Shown here piece after piece: positions 1 to 14,750 of a stretch of DNA of 64,000 nt. The stretch spans positions 82,894,001 through 82,958,000 of the forward strand of contig OZ024742.1 of the NCBI GenBank assembly GCA_964016885.1. The letters run 5' to 3'. The notes below the pieces were generated by a model. The model saw only the letters and a program-made list of their open reading frames with translations. It ran no database searches and was not told the origin of the DNA. The DNA is from Eledone cirrhosa (taxonomy: Eukaryota). How positions within the stretch are numbered: position 1 is the first letter of the stretch; each line of letters starts with the position of its first letter. A program made the translations under genes and the position numbers.

Positions 1-424
1 AGAACACACTTAGATTTTTATTTTATTTTCGTGTGTGTTCTATTTCCTAACTCGGGCAAATGACATATATGTTTAGATTCGATGTCACTTGTCAATTTAT
101 TCTGACATCACGAAAAGTTTGATGTATTTTTAAACATCTATGTCTTTTTCTTTCGATATCTGTGTGAAATAACATTAAGCCCTTGGGCAATACATTACTT
201 GGACATAATCTCAATCATACATACTGCGATGGAAATATAAAATCAAATTATATTACAAGTTTTTGCAATATACATCTTCATAAATGCGTATGTACAATTT
301 ACAAAAATAGCATTATGGCCCAAGTACATCTTTCCAAATATATCTTTTTAGCTTTTGCTGTATATCATATTATTCCCGTCTCATATTATGTATGTATCTA
401 TGTATATATGTATGTTCTTCTGGT

Positions 425-1135
425 TTTATAATAAAGAGAGACAGTTTCTAACATAGATACAAGACTCTCTCAATGGAATTTACACATCAGCTAGGTACAT
501 ATGTATGCATGTCTGCATGCATGCATGTGTGTGCAGGTATGGATGTTATTGTATGCGTGCATGTGAATATGCTTCGTATATGTACAAGTGTATATTCAGT
601 TATTGTATTCAGAATTTTTGGAATCTTTTTATATATTGTTACTGTTCCATTAATGGATTGTACTTGTAATTTCCTAACTAGTCGTGTTCTTTCTGTTTCT
701 GTGAAGCCCAGCTTCTCAAGATTTGTATTGAACCAGTTACTAAAATATAATCTCAGGCATAAATTTGAAGGTATATTCATGTAGATTTCTCATTAGTTCT
801 GCATAGATATTCTCCTTTTCGCTATTCTTTGATATCATATTGGCATCTGATGGGCAGCTAACTTCCATTACTGTGCATGCCTTCTTTTTCCTGTCCCATA
901 TCATTATATCTGGTCTGTTGTGCCTGCATTTTGTTGGGAATGTTGGAATATTCCACCAGTACACTTTCACATTGCTGTAGCTTTAAATGTATTTATTGTC
1001 GGGGCTTTCGTTTCTGCGGATTGCATTGTATAGTGTTTGGGCCAGTACATGACATCTTTGGACAGCTGCTAATGACATGGGTGACATCTTTGATGTTAAT
1101 TCTGCAGAATCCGCACTTGTTGTCACATCTAGGTG
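425..1135 (-). mobile_element. Degenerate 3' end of an RLE-type (R4/Dong-like) non-LTR retrotransposon
   Basis: Frameshifted minus-strand ORFs give a CCHC-like knuckle (CDNKCGFCRINIKDVTHVISSC) followed by a PD-(D/E)xK restriction-like endonuclease (RPDIMIWDRKKKACTVMEVSCP...KENIYAEL). Same family as 1195-1600 and 28970-30410. Confidence 0.8.
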
Positions 1136-1194
1136 TTGTATGTATGTGTGTATCTATGTATGTATATTCGTCGGGTTTCACAATTTTATAATTT

Positions 1195-1600
1195 GTTACC
1201 AATAAAGAGAGAAACGTCTTCTAACATAGACACAAGACACTTTCATTGGTATTTAGAAAATATCAATTAGGTAAATATGTATGTATGTCTAAATGTACGC
1301 GCATGAGTGTGTGTGTGTGTGTGTAAGTGTGTGTCTGTGTTTGTCTGTGTGTAGGTATGGATATTGTTGTGTAATGGGATCTGTATGGTTTCAGTCATAG
1401 CTGTACACGTGCATATGTTTGGTATCTTTGCATATGTATATGCAGTTATTTCATGCAGAAATTGTGCAATGGTTTACACTTTTCTACACTTCTATTAATG
1501 GATTCTACTTGTAACTTCCTAACTAGTCATTTTCGTACTGGTTCTGCGAAGCCTAGCTTTTCAAGATTTGTTTTGAGGCAGTTATTATCATATCCCAGAA
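1195..1600 (-). mobile_element. Second, shorter 3'-end fragment of the same RLE-type LINE family
   Basis: 1197-1290 and 1490-1595 align by eye to 425-510 and 645-745 (aataaagagaga...ctaacatagacacaagac; tacttgtaacttcctaactagtc...agcttttcaagatttg). Confidence 0.7.
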
Positions 1601-4600
1601 GGCACAGACAGGGTGGAGTATCTGCAGATCCCTCCTTAGTTTACATATACGTATGTATGCATGTATGCACGTACGCATGTATGTATGCATATATGTTCTG
1701 TCTTACTCTCAATTTTGAGTTAATTGTTAATGTTGTTTTGGTCACCTTCCCGGTTGCAAGGTTTTAAACAATGGGAAATTTTAGTCTCTTGTGTAAAATT
1801 TTATCATTTGGACCGTAAAGGTATTATGAATTTGTCAGCTTCCATATATGTCCTCAATGAGTAGCTCCTGAATTAAGGAGCTAGGATATTTCTCTACACA
1901 TCCAAGTATTTAGGTTTGAGTGAGTTGCTGTATAACCTGGTGGTTAAATAACAATGGTTATGAAGGTGGATATGCAAATTCCTGATCAATGGTCCGTAGA
2001 GACCGTCATTTTGCATATTTCCGACTATTGTCAACAAGTGGTCAGCTAACTTCTACAACAGAGAATGTTCTTAATATGTGGTCCAAAACAGTGTTTTAAT
2101 TTGGAAGCATTTTTTTATGCTTAGGTTCCACATATTCTCCTTTGACCTCTCAGTCTCAACATATTCCTAACTATTAGATTGTATTGTCGCCTTCCCTACT
2201 ACATTCGAGATCATTCTAGCTATGACATCAAGCTTCAGAGGGAGGTAGTAATGAGAAGGCATTCTTTCACAGTTTTAAATGATTTAGTTAACATTCATTC
2301 TTTGTTTTACATAGCATATATTTATTGTCAACTGATGACCCTCCACTGTTGTGCAGTAAGTATTTGGTGGGGATTGTTATATGAAGACCCACATAAGAAT
2401 ATGATATGCAATCTTTTTCGTTTTGTCAAATATTAGTGAATATTGTGATGTGGAACTGCATACATCATTAATTTGCTAAGGGTAGTTGGTCCAAAAAGCG
2501 ATTTGCTTCCATGTGTAATAATGTCTCGACGGGAACTAGATTGATTCAGCTACATTTATTATTTTAGATATATATTAAAGGGTGTGAATTATGTTTTTCA
2601 GAATTCTGCTTTTGTGTAGTTCTTTGACTATAGAGAATGATCTTTGCGGGAACATTTTATATTTTCCGATATTTTGTATCAGTAGTATCAATACATTCAT
2701 GATTGATTTTGATGTTCTGTAATGACTTTGAGAATATTTAGAGATATAGCTCTTACGAAGGTGAACCAAATACAAGGGATAAATAATAATAAGAATGAGA
2801 TAAAATCAAAGGAACTGTACGATTTAACATATATGAACCGTGAAACCGTTAATTTACACGAAAACTAAGCAAGAACCGAATAATGAAGTTGAGGGGAAAA
2901 TATAAAATCTTCACTAGATTAAAAAGAAGATAATTATCACTTGTGAAAATCTAATGATAGAGACGTATTCTTTCATATATATTATATCGTGATATAACAT
3001 GATGATGCGATGTATATAATGAGACATTTGTGTTAAGACTCCTGTCAGTAGTTCAAAATACTCGTGATTCTTTCAAGTAATTCCTATGTGGTCTTATATG
3101 TATGTTTTAGGTTATTTCTGTAGTTTTAGACTAAACTTGAGCCGGTCCATTAACTTGTCAGATGTGATTCTATATCGCATGTGGCCATACGAAACTTTTT
3201 ATGATTTCTTTTTGTCATCTAATTAGTATTTGCTTACTCCGTTTATATTGTTCTTTATCTGTTTAATATGAACCTTTGTGTGACATTTTGTTTCTTCTGA
3301 TGTTATTTTTAAGTGATTATATAAGAATTATATTGACTATGTAGAAAGAGAAAATATAAGATAACAGGTGGTCATATGCGGAGTATGGTTTTCGTTAAAA
3401 GTGTGTCAAACAGTTTTCATATCAATAACAAAAGACATGTTTGTAAAAACCAAGATGATTGAAATTGTTTGGGTGCTTGTAAGTTGTGTTACTTATCCCG
3501 TATTGTGACTGAAACTCTATTGAGAAGTAAATTTTCACTTACATTTGGTGGCAATCTCAGGACATTTCTTTGTATAAACATATACTCGGCTGTCAAATGG
3601 ACGCGTGTAGAAAGTTGGGGGCGGACTTTGTGTACTTGTACTTGAAACAATCGGAGTGGTGACATTTATCCATATACGTTCAATGGCGGGATAGTTTCAT
3701 TTTCTTACAGAAGATAGAAAGGGCATTGCTGTATGTTTAATTGGTTTCTTAGAAAGTGTGTTGCTAATGGATTTTAGTAATTCTATCAAAGAACTCTATG
3801 CTAATGGTTTTTCTAAATTTTTCCAAATTCGGATTTGACTTTGGCAAAACGTGCTGTTACACACATCTCGTAGAATAAAACCATCCTGTATCAATGAAAT
3901 CAAATATCATAGTTATCATTTGAAGTCAAACAAGAGACTTTCTTTCAAATTCATTCTGAAACAGTTTGTAATTACATGATATTGCCTTCAAATATTTATT
4001 CCCGTAGTATGAAACATACGAATTAAATGTGTGGATTTCGTATTGAGAATTGAGTGTGGCGTATGTTCCTCATTTCTTTTAAAGCAATCTCACTTGGCAG
4101 CTAATATGTGATATTCTATTATGCTTAATATATCAAATATCAAAACGATTATCATAAACTTCAGGCCATGGTATCCGTCCAAAATAGAAAGCTACTATAG
4201 CTGTGATAAAAACATATAAACAAAAGTTATCTCGAAGATCGAGTTAGAAAGGTGAGAGTATTAGAATTCGTAGATAATGAAAGGAAATCGACGCCCCTTC
4301 CTGTTACTGCTTCCTTTCTTTCCTTCTCCTTTCTCCCACCCGCTGCTCTTGCTTGGTGCCGAGAGGGGGCATTATATTTCTCTCTATGTTGTCTCTCTGC
4401 CTGCCTATCTAATGTGTTCGTTCTATTTAGGTAAATCGTGTGAAACGACAATCGGGCTAAGAGCTGATGAGATATATACAAATGTTTCTGTTATCTTGCC
4501 TCATCCATTTGCTTCTTTTTAACCTATCTACCATTCACTTTTGCGGGCCAACACGCTGTTAGCCGCTGATTGCTGTCCTTTGAGGAAAACTGTACTCGAC

Positions 4601-5319
4601 GGCATCTTGATGTATTAACACCTTCCTTTGTTATTCACATTATTGTGCGAATTCTAATACACTCACGCTTCAAACTCGATCTTCAATATCATTTTGTTTA
4701 TATATATATCACACACGCGCCTGTACATTCACCCCAGATTCTATGGATCTCTTACATTCAGAAGCAGGTATAATAAGTGTTAATGAACAATTATTCTAGG
4801 CAACCTAAATTAATTATTTTAAACAACATCATGTTTGCATGTAGTCGAAGTTTCCAGCCAATCATCCCTGCAGACTGCATTGCCCGCATCTCTTTATTCA
4901 AACAATGGACAGTTTTGACACCACTTATTTAAGTGCAAATACAAACTAGTTTAACCTTCATATAGTGCGGTGCTAAAACATGTCTCGCTTCATGCTTGTG
5001 ATTATTTAGAGAAAAATAATTTTCTAGAGATTGAAATTTGTTCTTACTTATTTTCTAGTGAAAATATTCTTCCCAGTATACACTACAACCAAGATATTGC
5101 ATGGCTCTCTACATTTGCCAAATAATTTACTTTACGTTTGCTAGCTATTATCAGCAGGGTTATAAAAGTGGCGATAAAATGAACTGGTACAATGTCTAAC
5201 TTGAGCAAATGGGGGATATCCTTCACTGCGCAGAATCAATGTGAGTCAGCAACACTTAAACTAATTGAATTATTAACATAAATCTTCCAATCAAACCAAA
5301 CACTAACAAATCACAGACA

Positions 5320-7175
5320 GTGTCCATTACGGAATTTAATTTTGACCCAGCTGCACATGATACACTCTTGTCTAGGTTTTCGTGTTTCTGGAATATATTT
5401 CGAGTCAACTTTTCTAATCGTGATGATGCATCTAGAGTCAGATTGTTATTGACAAAATTAAGGAACGTATCACATATGTCAACCATATTCTTCCAGGTAA
5501 CCCGCGATTCATCACCTTTAACGAATGTATTGAAATAATCAGCAAGGTTTTTGGAGCGGGTCCCTCCTTGGTTAACGTTTGATTTATATTATCGGAACTT
5601 ATTTGATTTAAATTATTAAAAAGTCAGAACAAAATAATGTATCAACTTTGCAGGTAGAATAAATTGTATATATGAACGTTTAATGTTATGTGTGAACTTA
5701 TTGCGGCTGGTCTCACCATCGAACGCAGATATCCGTACTAAACATTTAAAACGGCCATAAATAATATTACAACAAGCCAAAAGCACGTACCAAAATCTAA
5801 TAATCCTGAATTGTGACACAAAATGATTGATACGAGTGATAAGTTGATAATTGCAACTCAATATATACAGGGTGGAATACATTTTGGAAATGTCAACAAT
5901 GCCACATGTTTGGTCATGAAGAAGGGCTTTGTTTGCCTAACCACCATTCAAAGATAGTAAGCAAAACGTTTTATTTCAAGGTTTCGTTTGTTTACAAAAG
6001 ATAAATATCAAGTTAGTAGGATTTATGCCAGTTGAAAAACAAAACAGATTTGTAAGTATTTAATTTTGCTATGTGATAATTAAGTTAAAGTAGAAATATA
6101 CACAGCCTTTGACATTTCATTGATTTTCCGCGATACATTGAGGTAAAATTCTTCTCTAATGCGTCTGAAGATGATTTAAAGCTGATTTGTATTGTTAAGT
6201 ATAGAGTACAGTTTAATTCGAATGCTTTAAATTGAACTTGATATTTGAAAAATTGACATGACTTAGATTTACAGGGCTTAGATTGGATTACTGATCAAGT
6301 CTTATTTACTAAAACATTGATACATGCTTAGAACCGAAAGTGATGTTATGAATTGAAGTGATTCTACCAACAATTATTTCCAGGTTGCAACATCCGATAC
6401 GTGTACCCATGCACTGGAAGAAAAACATTCACCTTTTTTAAAAGTTTCTTTGGTATGTTGGAAGTTAATGAAAGCATCTGTGTCACTAGTATCTGTGTCA
6501 CTAATATCTGATTGAAAGCCTTGGTTTGAGCCACACCGACTGATTCTATATGTAATCGAATTTCAAGATGACGAGCCTTATGTTATAGTATACTCATTTT
6601 TATTATCATCCTGGGTAGTGCCACATATGGTCGTTAGAAAGGCAAACACTTCTATTTATATTCATGCAGATTTTTCTACTGGATTAAAAATAGCCTTATA
6701 AGACCATTCTCACTTTCGACGTATTCCTGAATATATTTTCAAACGGCATAGTTGTGATCATTATTTTGAAGGTATTGATTACCGTGATGCTCTCCTAGGT
6801 TTGGAGAGTTTTTTTTATGGCAATGCAAAAACAAATGTTGACAATCAATGCACACAGAGGTCTGTATAAAAAAATAAATAGATAAAATGTTCCAGTTCAT
6901 TATTCAACAAGTAATGGACACAATGATTGCAGGCAACTCCGGGGGTGCAGCTTATTGCACCATTGTAGTGACTATTTCAATCAAAGATTAACTATTTTAT
7001 CAATATGATATTATTCTCCATAAAATGAATTTATTTGGATTTCGAGTAAGACTGGAGAAATGCCAGGATTTTATGACATCAATAAAATACCTTGGTTTTA
7101 TTATGAACAAAATTGGTCGTAAATCAGACCCAGCAAACATAGAAGTGGTCTGAAAATGCGAGTTGCATCAGATAC
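5320..7175 (+). mobile_element. Heavily mutated Ty3/Gypsy (K02A2.6/Mag-like) gag-pol relic
   Basis: Manual translation gives gag-like SITEFNFDP...IFRVNFSNRDDASRVRLLLTKL and YVNHILPGNPR..TFNECIEIISKVFG. RT-like blocks follow: SSWVVPHMVVRKANTSIYIHADFSTGL (~6600-6690), LTINAHRGLY (~6838), QQVMDTMIAG (~6905) and GFRVRLEKCQDFMTSIKYLGFIMNKIGRKSDPANIE (~7037-7145). Many stops and frameshifts; the YxDD motif is destroyed. Confidence 0.8.
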
Positions 7176-7181
7176 TAACAA

Positions 7182-8217
7182 ACTAATATATATATATAAA
7201 ACTGAGGATGTCTGCCTGTGTGTGTGTGAGTTTGAATCCCTAAAACTCGAGAAGCACACAAACGACTGATTTGAAACTTTACACATGTAATACTTATGTT
7301 TCAGCGAATGTTCTGAGCAAACAAATTTTCAAATCGCCTTAGGCGATTTAGCGATCTCTTTCTATAATTCTTAGTCTTTCTCTTTTTAGATAGATACATA
7401 CATATAACGTCACGCCCCTATAATATCTCTCTTTATGTCTGACTGTCTGCATTACGTCACTTCCTACAATTCGCTCTGCGTCCAGGACGCGCCCTTATAA
7501 TATATGTCTGTATGTCTGGCTGTCTGCTGCCTCCGGTTATTTTGCCACCCTTGCTCAAGACAATTCTCACACTCATTCCCCAAACGTGGATGGAGAAGCA
7601 TACCTAATACTAATTGCATCAGAGCAATTGGTTTATTTTCTTTACATATTGTCCAGGCATGCAGTTTTCCCAGGATTAGGTCTGTTGGCGGCCGGCATTA
7701 TGTTTCTGGGAGTGTTATGCACATATAAAAATTCAACTTTTTGATTCCCTAGGGCCCGCATTAGGTGAAAAACTGCGTTTTTCAGCTTTTTAGGGTTATT
7801 TTGGGGCGTTACGTCAGACCGATTTCCTTGAAATTGTAACTATGCATTAGTCAGTCTCTTCTTCATACCGTGAGCAAAGAAAATCCAACTTTCTTTATGG
7901 CCTAGGGCCCGCATTAGGTGAAAAACCTCATTTTTTCAGTTTTTTAGGGCTTTTTTTAGGCGTTACGTTTACTCGATTTTCCGGAAATTTCAAGGCATAT
8001 TATGCACATAAAGAAATTCATTTTCTTGATGCATTAGGTGAACACCTGCATTTTTCCTGTGTCATCGAGGAAAATCTTAAAGATTATCCAGCCATCAGAG
8101 TATTCGGTTTATTTTCTTTACATATTGTCGAGGCATGCAGTTTTTCCACGATTAGGTCTGTTGGCGGCCCGCGTTCCAAAATACCTTATCCCGTGCAATG
8201 CCGGGTACCACTGCTAG
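7182..8217 (+). mobile_element. Non-autonomous Helitron
   Basis: GC-rich subterminal hairpin cccgtgcaatgccggg (8190-8205), then a CTAG 3' end (8214-8217) followed by T. The 5' end is ctaatatatatatataaaa followed by a (GT) tract. Internal duplications (7620-7692 vs 8094-8168; 7730-7830 vs 7885-7990). The canonical 5' TC is not clearly retained. Confidence 0.75.
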
Positions 8218-8539
8218 TAATGAATATATTGCTACTGCCAATGTATATCAAAATCTGTAGTTCAACCATATAGACGTCACTTTATTGAATATAATAGAAG
8301 GGCTCATGGTTGGCTTTAAAGCAAAACTCTTTAATATATACTCATGCCTCCCACTTAAATAGATTCGTGTGAGAGTTTTAGGACATAGAATATTTCTCAG
8401 TTATTTTGCTCAGACTCAGTTGAGAGAGTTGATAACCAATTTAAATGGGTGGTTTCTCAATGGGTTCTATGATAAATCTTAGTGGTATGTGCAAGGGAGG
8501 AAAACTGTGCGGCAATACATAAAACGATATAGAAAAATA

Positions 8540-9040
8540 GAATTCAGGAGGACATTGTCTTGGCCCCTTTACTCGTTAACCGTAACATCCGAATTGTCTT
8601 CAAATTACTGTGTAACTTCCTAGAACAGGAGAAGTAGTGTCAGAGACAATTAATTTGCAAATAAGACAGCATAATCATAGTGAGAATGTTATTGAATGTA
8701 GTTTTAACAAGCACAGGCTTAATGGATTGCAAATGATTTGGCATAAAATTCACATCGCTTTCACTTATATTTATATATTTACACCTATTTTGATATATAA
8801 TTCCATCATCTAAGCATACATGCATAGTCACGTAACTGCAAGGGGCGTTTCATGAGCAGTTTTGAACCTGGTGGAACCCATCACATCAGAAGGTCTGAAT
8901 ACAGCAGTTTTCTTCCAGAGAAGGATAGAAAGCATGAGAGAATGGAAGTGAGAAAAGGATAAAGAAGAAAAATTGTCCTTAGGGCTAGTCTGGTACTTTT
9001 CTTTTATCGACCTTGAAAATTCCGATATTGATATATGCAA
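8540..9040 (-). mobile_element. Possible very old Helitron PIF1-helicase relic
   Basis: Weak collinear resemblance by eye only: SILLWKKTAVFR, ESDVNFMPNHLQSIKP, SDTTSPV...RQF. Confidence 0.25.
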
Positions 9041-9596
9041 TTACATATTGTCTGAATTGAAATAAGCCAATACCGTAACATCTAACATTATGTCATTAGT
9101 TTATCAACATATTTATACCATTTTTTTCAAGGTTTTCCCTCATCTTTCTCTGGTACTTATTCCTAATGCCTTTTGTTGTCACACTATATCGCATATTTTA
9201 ACAGAGTTGTATACACACAGTGAAACACGCTGTATTTCTAAAATTTACTCTCAACATTATTTAACACATGCGTATTCAATTCCCCCTACCTTTTAAACTT
9301 TGTTTTACATTCCTAATTAATTTCTCAAAATAAGAAGATGGATACGACAGGGAAAGGGCTCATTTATATGACTGTAATATCGGGTTTGAGAAATATGTAA
9401 TATTCTATACAGCCAACACATTCTATATGCAATTCTCCGCTGATTCAAATGTTGAGGATATATATATATATAGAGAGAGAGAGAGCTAAATATACTTTAA
9501 CACACGTTAATATTTTAACACCATGCTAACCATATCCTCACACAAACACATAACACCCTACTCCATTTCTACTAATAGAATTATTTTCCGACACAC

Positions 9597-9599
<3 letters not shown>

Positions 9600-9665
<66 letters not shown>
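9600..9665. repeat. (GA)n microsatellite
   Basis: Pure AG dinucleotide run. Confidence 0.95.
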
Positions 9666-9666
<1 letters not shown>

Positions 9667-9914
9667 GTCGGCACACAAACAAATAAAAAATATATATATT
9701 TCTATCTTCTACCCTGCCGCCACCACTATCGACAGAAACGTCAATTTATAGAAAATCAATAGAGAATCTGAACTTTGACGCCACGGCACATTACTGAACC
9801 AGAACGATATCTCCTCCTCTAATTTCTTGACCATTATCTTTTCTTAGGCACACAACTCTCTATGACAAATCATGTGGCTGTGAAAATGGCAATAAAGAAC
9901 ACCCAAATACGAAC

Positions 9915-10260
9915 AGGCGCGAAATTTGATGTACTCATTCACGTGACAGTCATCAACCGACCAAATTACATTTATTAAAAAAATAACAATTCGAGCCGCA
10001 TGTTTAAGTGATACTGGCAATAAAGAACCCTCAAACAAAAACAGGTGCGAGAGTTGATGTACTATTCACGTGACAACCATCAACCAACCAAATTTCAATT
10101 ATATATAACAAAACAACAATTTGGGCCACATTTTTAAAGGCAAATACAATAAGAACTTTGCAACGTGAACTTGCGCGAAATTTACTATACTTATTCACGT
10201 GGCAGTCATCAACGAACCAAATTATGTTTTAAAAAACCCAGCAATTTGAGCCACCTTTTC
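9915..10260. repeat. Three diverged ~128-bp tandem repeats, each containing CACGTG
   Basis: The motif gcg..a.tt.a..tact.attcacgtg.ca..catcaac..accaaatt recurs near 9918, 10047 and 10175. Confidence 0.8.
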
Positions 10261-10435
10261 CACATAAAACAGAAATAACATTCGAAAACCAACCAGATGC
10301 GAGAAAAACCACAAACCCGCCATCTCAATTCTACTTTTGAAAAGCACAAGAAAAGTGAAACCGGTAAAGCAAACAAATAAATATTCTTAAAAAAACTCCA
10401 GTTGCATTTTCGATTTCTTTTCCTTATATACATAT

Positions 10436-10496
<61 letters not shown>

Positions 10497-10521
10497 GTTT
10501 GGGTGGGTGTGGACGCATGTA

Positions 10522-10561
<40 letters not shown>

Positions 10562-10874
10562 AAGGTAACAGTCTCAGGAAAAATAAAATGCATTTTGGCT
10601 GTCAAAGCAAATTGTATACATATACGAAATAGTTAAATAAACTTTCTTATACCTTCAACGGTAGAATGTGTAAGAATAGATTTCTAAATTTACGTGATTA
10701 ATTGTTGAAAGAAAATGTTCAACAATTGGCGCAATGTACATACCCTGAAGTTATACCTTTGATCCATAGAATTTACTTGTGTAAGAAATTGCGAACTTTG
10801 CGAACTGAATGCGAAAACGACCTAGGCTAAATGAACATCGCATTAAAACAAACTTATTTTCGTTTTGTTTTACT

Positions 10875-10940
10875 TTCTTCTTCTTCTTCTTCTTCTTCTT
10901 CTTCTTCTTCTTCTTCTTCTTCTTCTTCTTCTTCTTCTTC
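10875..10940. repeat. (TTC)n microsatellite
   Basis: Pure trinucleotide run. Confidence 0.95.
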
Positions 10941-11094
10941 TAAATATATTTTTTTATCCTTTAAACCCCGGCACACAGAGCTATTTCAATGGATAACTAT
11001 GTGATATAATAAAACAAACTAGTATTGATAGCTTAGCTAAAACCCGGCTTCTCAGGCTAAAACTAATGTAGATTCGGATAGATTATACACACAC

Positions 11095-11186
<92 letters not shown>

Positions 11187-11659
11187 CAAGACATATAGGT
11201 AGATGAGTAGATACATTAAGAGCTAGATACTTGTGTATGTGTATACATATTATACATTGTATAATATGTAAAGGATATAACCCTTATAAATTCAGTTGTG
11301 TATGTGTGAGCGTCTATTTGTTTTCAGCAAAACCATTTACTTCTATGGTGGATGAAGAAAACGGTGGATATTAGTTTAAAGTCACGAATATGCCGAACAT
11401 TTGAAATATATCATACACTTTTGTATTATTGAATCTTTCCACAAGAAAGGTCATAACACCAACTACAAGTTCACCAACACATTTAACAATCTATGGAATT
11501 CCATGTACATACACAGGTGTGCATATATTCTTATACATTTAACAATTAATCATAAAAACAAACGCACCCCTACACACGAATACAGTTGCACACCAATACA
11601 TATACATACCTACATACATACTTACATACATGCATAATTCATACATGCATACATATATT

Positions 11660-11768
<109 letters not shown>

Positions 11769-12304
11769 ATATGTGTGTGTACATGTTTTCGCATCTGTCT
11801 TCACGTTTGCCTGCGTGTCCATATATAGATAAATACACACACAAACATACATCGATATATATATATTAATGTTTATTTTCACACTCTACTAAATGTATTG
11901 AGTGTTTAACTTACTGTGGTTACCCATGATTGAACCAAAGACTCATATGTATAAGTATATATATATATAGTGCGTTTGAGAACGTGGGTGTTTGGTATAT
12001 GTGTACTAATTACTTAGCATTGATCGCAAATTTGTAATAGTATGATAAGCAATAAATATCTGTTGTAGTTCAATGAAGTGAGATTTGAACAAAACTTCTA
12101 TATAATTTCACGTTTGCCTAGCTTAAATTCCCAATCCTATTTATCACATTTTCTGCTCTATAAGTGGAGTTATATATATGATATGTCCCTAAATAGGCCA
12201 CAGTATACATATACATATTTATTTGTGTGCGGTGTGTGTATATTTATTTATTCATACATTATATCCCCCAAAAAGTGGGACACACTTGGGACACTCGCTC
12301 TATA

Positions 12305-12455
12305 TAATTCACTGCAAGGGATATGGTCCGTTTCTTTTGAAAACTGGAACAGCAGACTGGGACAAAACGTTTTCAATTATATAGGGAAGCTAAATACCTG
12401 AAGACATTTTGTCCCAGTTTTCAAAAAATGCGACCATATACCTTGCAGTGAATTA
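12305..12455. repeat. Imperfect inverted repeat (~60-bp arms) at the 5' junction of the CR1-like fragment
   Basis: taattcactgcaagggatatggtc...tgaaaactgg...gggacaaaac versus attttgtcccagttttca...gaccatataccttgcagtgaatta. Confidence 0.8.
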
Positions 12456-13200
12456 CTCTCCGATCTCACTCACCTCATTTCATTAAAAGATTTGTGAGAG
12501 TGGCGAGATCCCGAATAACTCACTTTCTTAAAAACAACAATCTGCTGAATTTCAAACAACATGGCTTCCGTAATGGAAGTGACTACCTAACGCAGCTCAT
12601 GCATCACTTTGATGTCATTATAAGAGCTTTGGGAGAACGCTCCTACACTGACGTCATCTACCATGATTTCAGCAAGGCCTTTGACAGGGTTTATCACAAA
12701 TTCTAATAAAAATACTATCCAACACTTGTGTCTTTGGAAAGTTACTGCAAGAGTTCGAGTGTCTCCTGACAAACAGGCCGACATGTAGTTGAAGGAGTGC
12801 AATGAAGCCCAACCAACGTTTGAAGTAGCGTTCCACAAGGCACTGTGTTGGGCCCACTTCTTTTTATTACCTATATCAATGACATTACTGACATCATCAA
12901 GCGCAGCGACATAAGAAACATTACAGATGGTCATCAATGGAGAGTGTGACCGAACATGCCTTCAATCAGATCTACTTGCCATTATCCAATATGCGGAACA
13001 AAACTATATGCTGCTGAACGACGATAAATTCGAATGAATACACTTTGTAAAAGAGGATGCACTGGAGCTCTCATGTTCCCTCATGGCATCCAACAACATC
13101 AGACACCTAGTAGTAATTGGTGATAACAATATATGCACGGCCACTTTCCAGTCAAGAGATATCCACATCATTTTCCGTCTCTTTTCTACATTTGCCCGAG
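12450..13200 (+). mobile_element. CR1/Jockey-group LINE reverse transcriptase fragment (pseudogenised)
   Basis: Translations include NNNLLNFKQHGFRNGS..LTQL, DVIYHDFSKAFDRV, VPQGTVLGPLLFITYINDI and LQSDL...MLLNDDKF; frameshifted. Confidence 0.85.
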
Positions 13201-13339
13201 CCGAACGGTGAACAGGTTTGGTCGTCTTCCGCTATGCACGTTTTTCACTATCTTGTCCCCTTGATGGAAGTTCAATCCTGCGTCAAGCGGAGACCGAGAG
13301 GGAGCGCTTGGAAACTGGAATGACTGCCCATTGCCAATC

Positions 13340-14060
13340 TGGCATTACAGGCGGTGGAAAGTTAACCTTGGCGTTCTATAGAGAGTTAATCTAGGACAAG
13401 AGCGACGGATTTTCGACTAAAGCGAACTAGCTATTCCCTTCCAGAGAACTTTCGGTCCAGGGCCAATGCTTACCTTCTTCATATCAGGGAAGGTTGCTAA
13501 TTCCAGATAAACTTTACAGGCATGGAAGTGCCGTTAGCCGAGCCTGTCCGAGATGCGCTGGGGACAACGGGACCGTCGTGCACGTACTAGTTCAGTGTAC
13601 GAGTATCGCTGACTTTATTTGCTATCCCAGTTAGACGGATCCGGCTGTCAGCTGTTTCCATGATGAAGATCGCTGGACCACCCTCCTTTAACCAGGAAGA
13701 GAAGGTATGGTGGAAGAGGTTGTATGGTGGACGGGACTGAGAGGGTTGAAGACGGACACTCTCCTCTTCGGTGACCCTCTCATTAACTTTTCAGGTTCCA
13801 CCTGAAAAGGAAAAAGATGCATGTGCTACATTCCAGCCAGTTCTTTGAAAGTTGGGAGAGAGAGACAAGAATGGCACGTAGGAATGGGCCTGCCCCGAGT
13901 ATGTGCTTGTAGTATTGAATAACAACAACTGGGAGAGCTTTCTTGCCCTAGTGGTTATGGTGACCATGGCTTTTTGTGGGATTTCTCCACGAATAACCCT
14001 CTGTGGTGTCCCCTTATTGGTGAATGTGTACGTTACGATTTTTTAGTTTTATCTTTTGTT
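13340..14060 (+). mobile_element. Degenerate 3' end of an L1/Tx1-like LINE (zf-RVT region)
   Basis: DKLYRHGSAVSRACPRC...TVVHVLVQC. Related to the better-preserved copy at 58201-59041 (shared gaggttgtatggtggac). Confidence 0.65.
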
Positions 14061-14214
14061 ATTATATTGTATTTTTATACGGCCAAAAGTAGAAACAATT
14101 ATTATTAATGTATTATTATCAATATCATTATGCTTGGGGTTTCAGTGATTGATGTTATTTAACTGGAAAGTTTGTTCAAATGAACATCAAACCGCTACCT
14201 GCAAACTCAGATAT

Positions 14215-14750
14215 TCAGGAAATATCGGAGGGTCCTTGATGTTCCCAGCGAGCATGCCTTTTGAAGTGTTCTAAAAACGGGGCTGGACTAATCTTCTTTA
14301 ATCATCCTTGAAAACTCTTTGAGATAGTACCTAGTGTGCCTATTACAAACGGGACGACCTTGATCTCATGGCAGTTCCAAATCATTTTTAACTCCCACCT
14401 TAAATCCTGGTATCGGTTAATTTTCACCCTCTCCTTTTCTTGCACTCTCGTGTCAAATGGGCAGGCTACATCTACAATCAGGCACGATCTTTTTTCCTTG
14501 TCAAAAAGTACCCGGTCAGGCCTATTTTGTTCTAATTTCTTGTCCGTTTGTATCCTGAAATCCCATAGCACCTTAACTTGATCGTTTTCTATCACCGACT
14601 CTGGCTTATGCACATAACACTTCTCAGAATGTAGTAAATTGTTTAGTTTGCATAGATGCCCGTGAATCGCCTTTCCTATCATATTATGTCTCCAGCATTT
14701 ATAGTGGGTCTGGGTTAGGTATTTACACTCGGATATCATGTGAGCCACAG

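Noticed and set aside
1750-2780. Possible very old minus-strand PLE relic (GHIWKL near 1840)
   Set aside because: Only isolated short motifs; collinearity cannot be established by eye.
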